Shown in pieces: positions 63,018 to 64,000 of a stretch of DNA of 64,000 nucleotides. Position numbers and translations under genes: made by a program. Positions within the stretch are counted from its first letter, which is position 1; each line of letters begins with the position of its first letter. Source of the DNA: Paraphysomonas bandaiensis (taxonomy: Eukaryota; Protista; Chrysophyceae); assembly GCA_965644295.1 (NCBI GenBank), contig CBFFRP010000429.1:1-64000 (forward strand), written 5' to 3'. The notes beneath the pieces are model-generated. The model was not told where the DNA came from. It saw only the letters and a program-made list of their open reading frames with translations, and searched no databases.

Positions 63018-64000
63018 ATGATGCAGAAGGAGAATAGAAAGGCGTATGTCTCGCCTGCTCATAAGACAGCCGAGTCACCCGCTCAGCGCCGTCCACTCAG
63101 CACTGTGACTGATGTCAATACACATCATCGTGGGAGTTTATACTCAGGGGCTGTGAGGTATCGTGTAGCTGTGCTTCGTATGGCATGTGGTGACTTGCTT
63201 TCAGGATACCCAAAAAAGATAAACACAAAGAGACTCAGAGTGACGTTACTCCCAAACAAAAAGCGCGTGTTAAGTCACGATATATGCAACCCACTGAAGC
63301 ATACAGGTAATATTCTATCTCAACAGAGGTCGTTATGTAGTAGCTCTGTGGATTTGCCGACTATCTGTTATATTTGTTATACAGAAACAGCGTGGTGTCA
63401 AGCTCTCCCTCTGCTCATACACCCAGTAGCGAGGGAGGCCGTCCGTCTCGTCCCTCCACAGGTTCTGCTGCTATGAATACGGCTCCCGCTCGAACTCCTA
63501 GCACCCCACGGTCGTCTGTCCGAACTACTCCCACAGGAAGCAAGAACAAGGCCACTCCGACAAGAACCAAATCCCCGGTACAGTGTGCTCTCTGTATAGT
63601 ATATTTACATGAGTATTTACGACTTATATTGTGTTCATCTCTGTTGCGTTTCTGTGTGTCTGTATGACCATAATTGTGTCTTCAATAGGCAATATGTGCC
63701 AATACACCTCCCAGCGCTAAGCGAGAAGGGCGGACCCCCTCAACTCACCAACACTCATCCACTCCTCTCAAGACTCCTCCCTCACGCCGCCAATCACAGA
63801 CAAAAGCATCTGCCACGGCTTCCAGTCCGAATGATGTTTTCACTAGATTGACCGCTGGGCTTCCCACTCGTCATACTGCTCCAGCTCAGCCACAGCATTC
63901 GAAAAGGCCTGGAAAATCCACACCTACTACTGTGTCAAAGACGTCTACAAAGGTGTCATCGGGGAAAAAATCCACTACACAGCCAGTGAAACGGCCTGGT
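63018..64000 (+). CDS. Ser/Pro/Thr-rich protein, partial (runs off the window)
   Basis: MMQKENRKAYVSPAHK..RRPLSTVTDVN followed by spliced S/T/P-rich exons; no recognised domain. Confidence 0.55.

Overview
Eukaryotic nuclear DNA, moderately AT-rich, with many short GT-AG introns (often about 40-60 nt). Gene content and style suggest a stramenopile protist, but that is an inference. About 19 protein-coding loci are visible: FAM221-like, U-box+2xFHA, a tandem-duplicated PPi-dependent PFK, a GT32-like+sulfotransferase fusion, kinesin, steroid 5-alpha-reductase, PKG-like kinase, MFS sugar porter, ERCC1, a 2xRRM protein with a PAM2 motif, YoaK/DUF1275, KA1-like+ARM, a membrane-anchored double 8-Cys protein, THOC5, an EF-hand protein, MMS19 and several orphans. 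Most genes lie in head-to-head pairs sharing 0.4-0.9 kb spacers. These spacers are built from A/T-tract blocks and ApT-rich alternating purine-pyrimidine blocks. The transposon debris I could place lies in tail-to-tail gaps. Mobile content: (1) an RNase H-bearing non-LTR retrotransposon family seen four times, with a conserved GNRA hairpin and a defined 3' terminus lacking poly(A); (2) a young non-autonomous LTR element with identical 185-bp LTRs, AGTT...AACT ends, an iMet PBS and a 5-bp TSD; (3) a decayed hAT transposase; (4) a probable Tc1/pogo-like remnant; (5) a small MITE. No rRNA, tRNA or CRISPR array was recognised. Exon boundaries were traced by eye and are approximate. CDS coordinates span introns.
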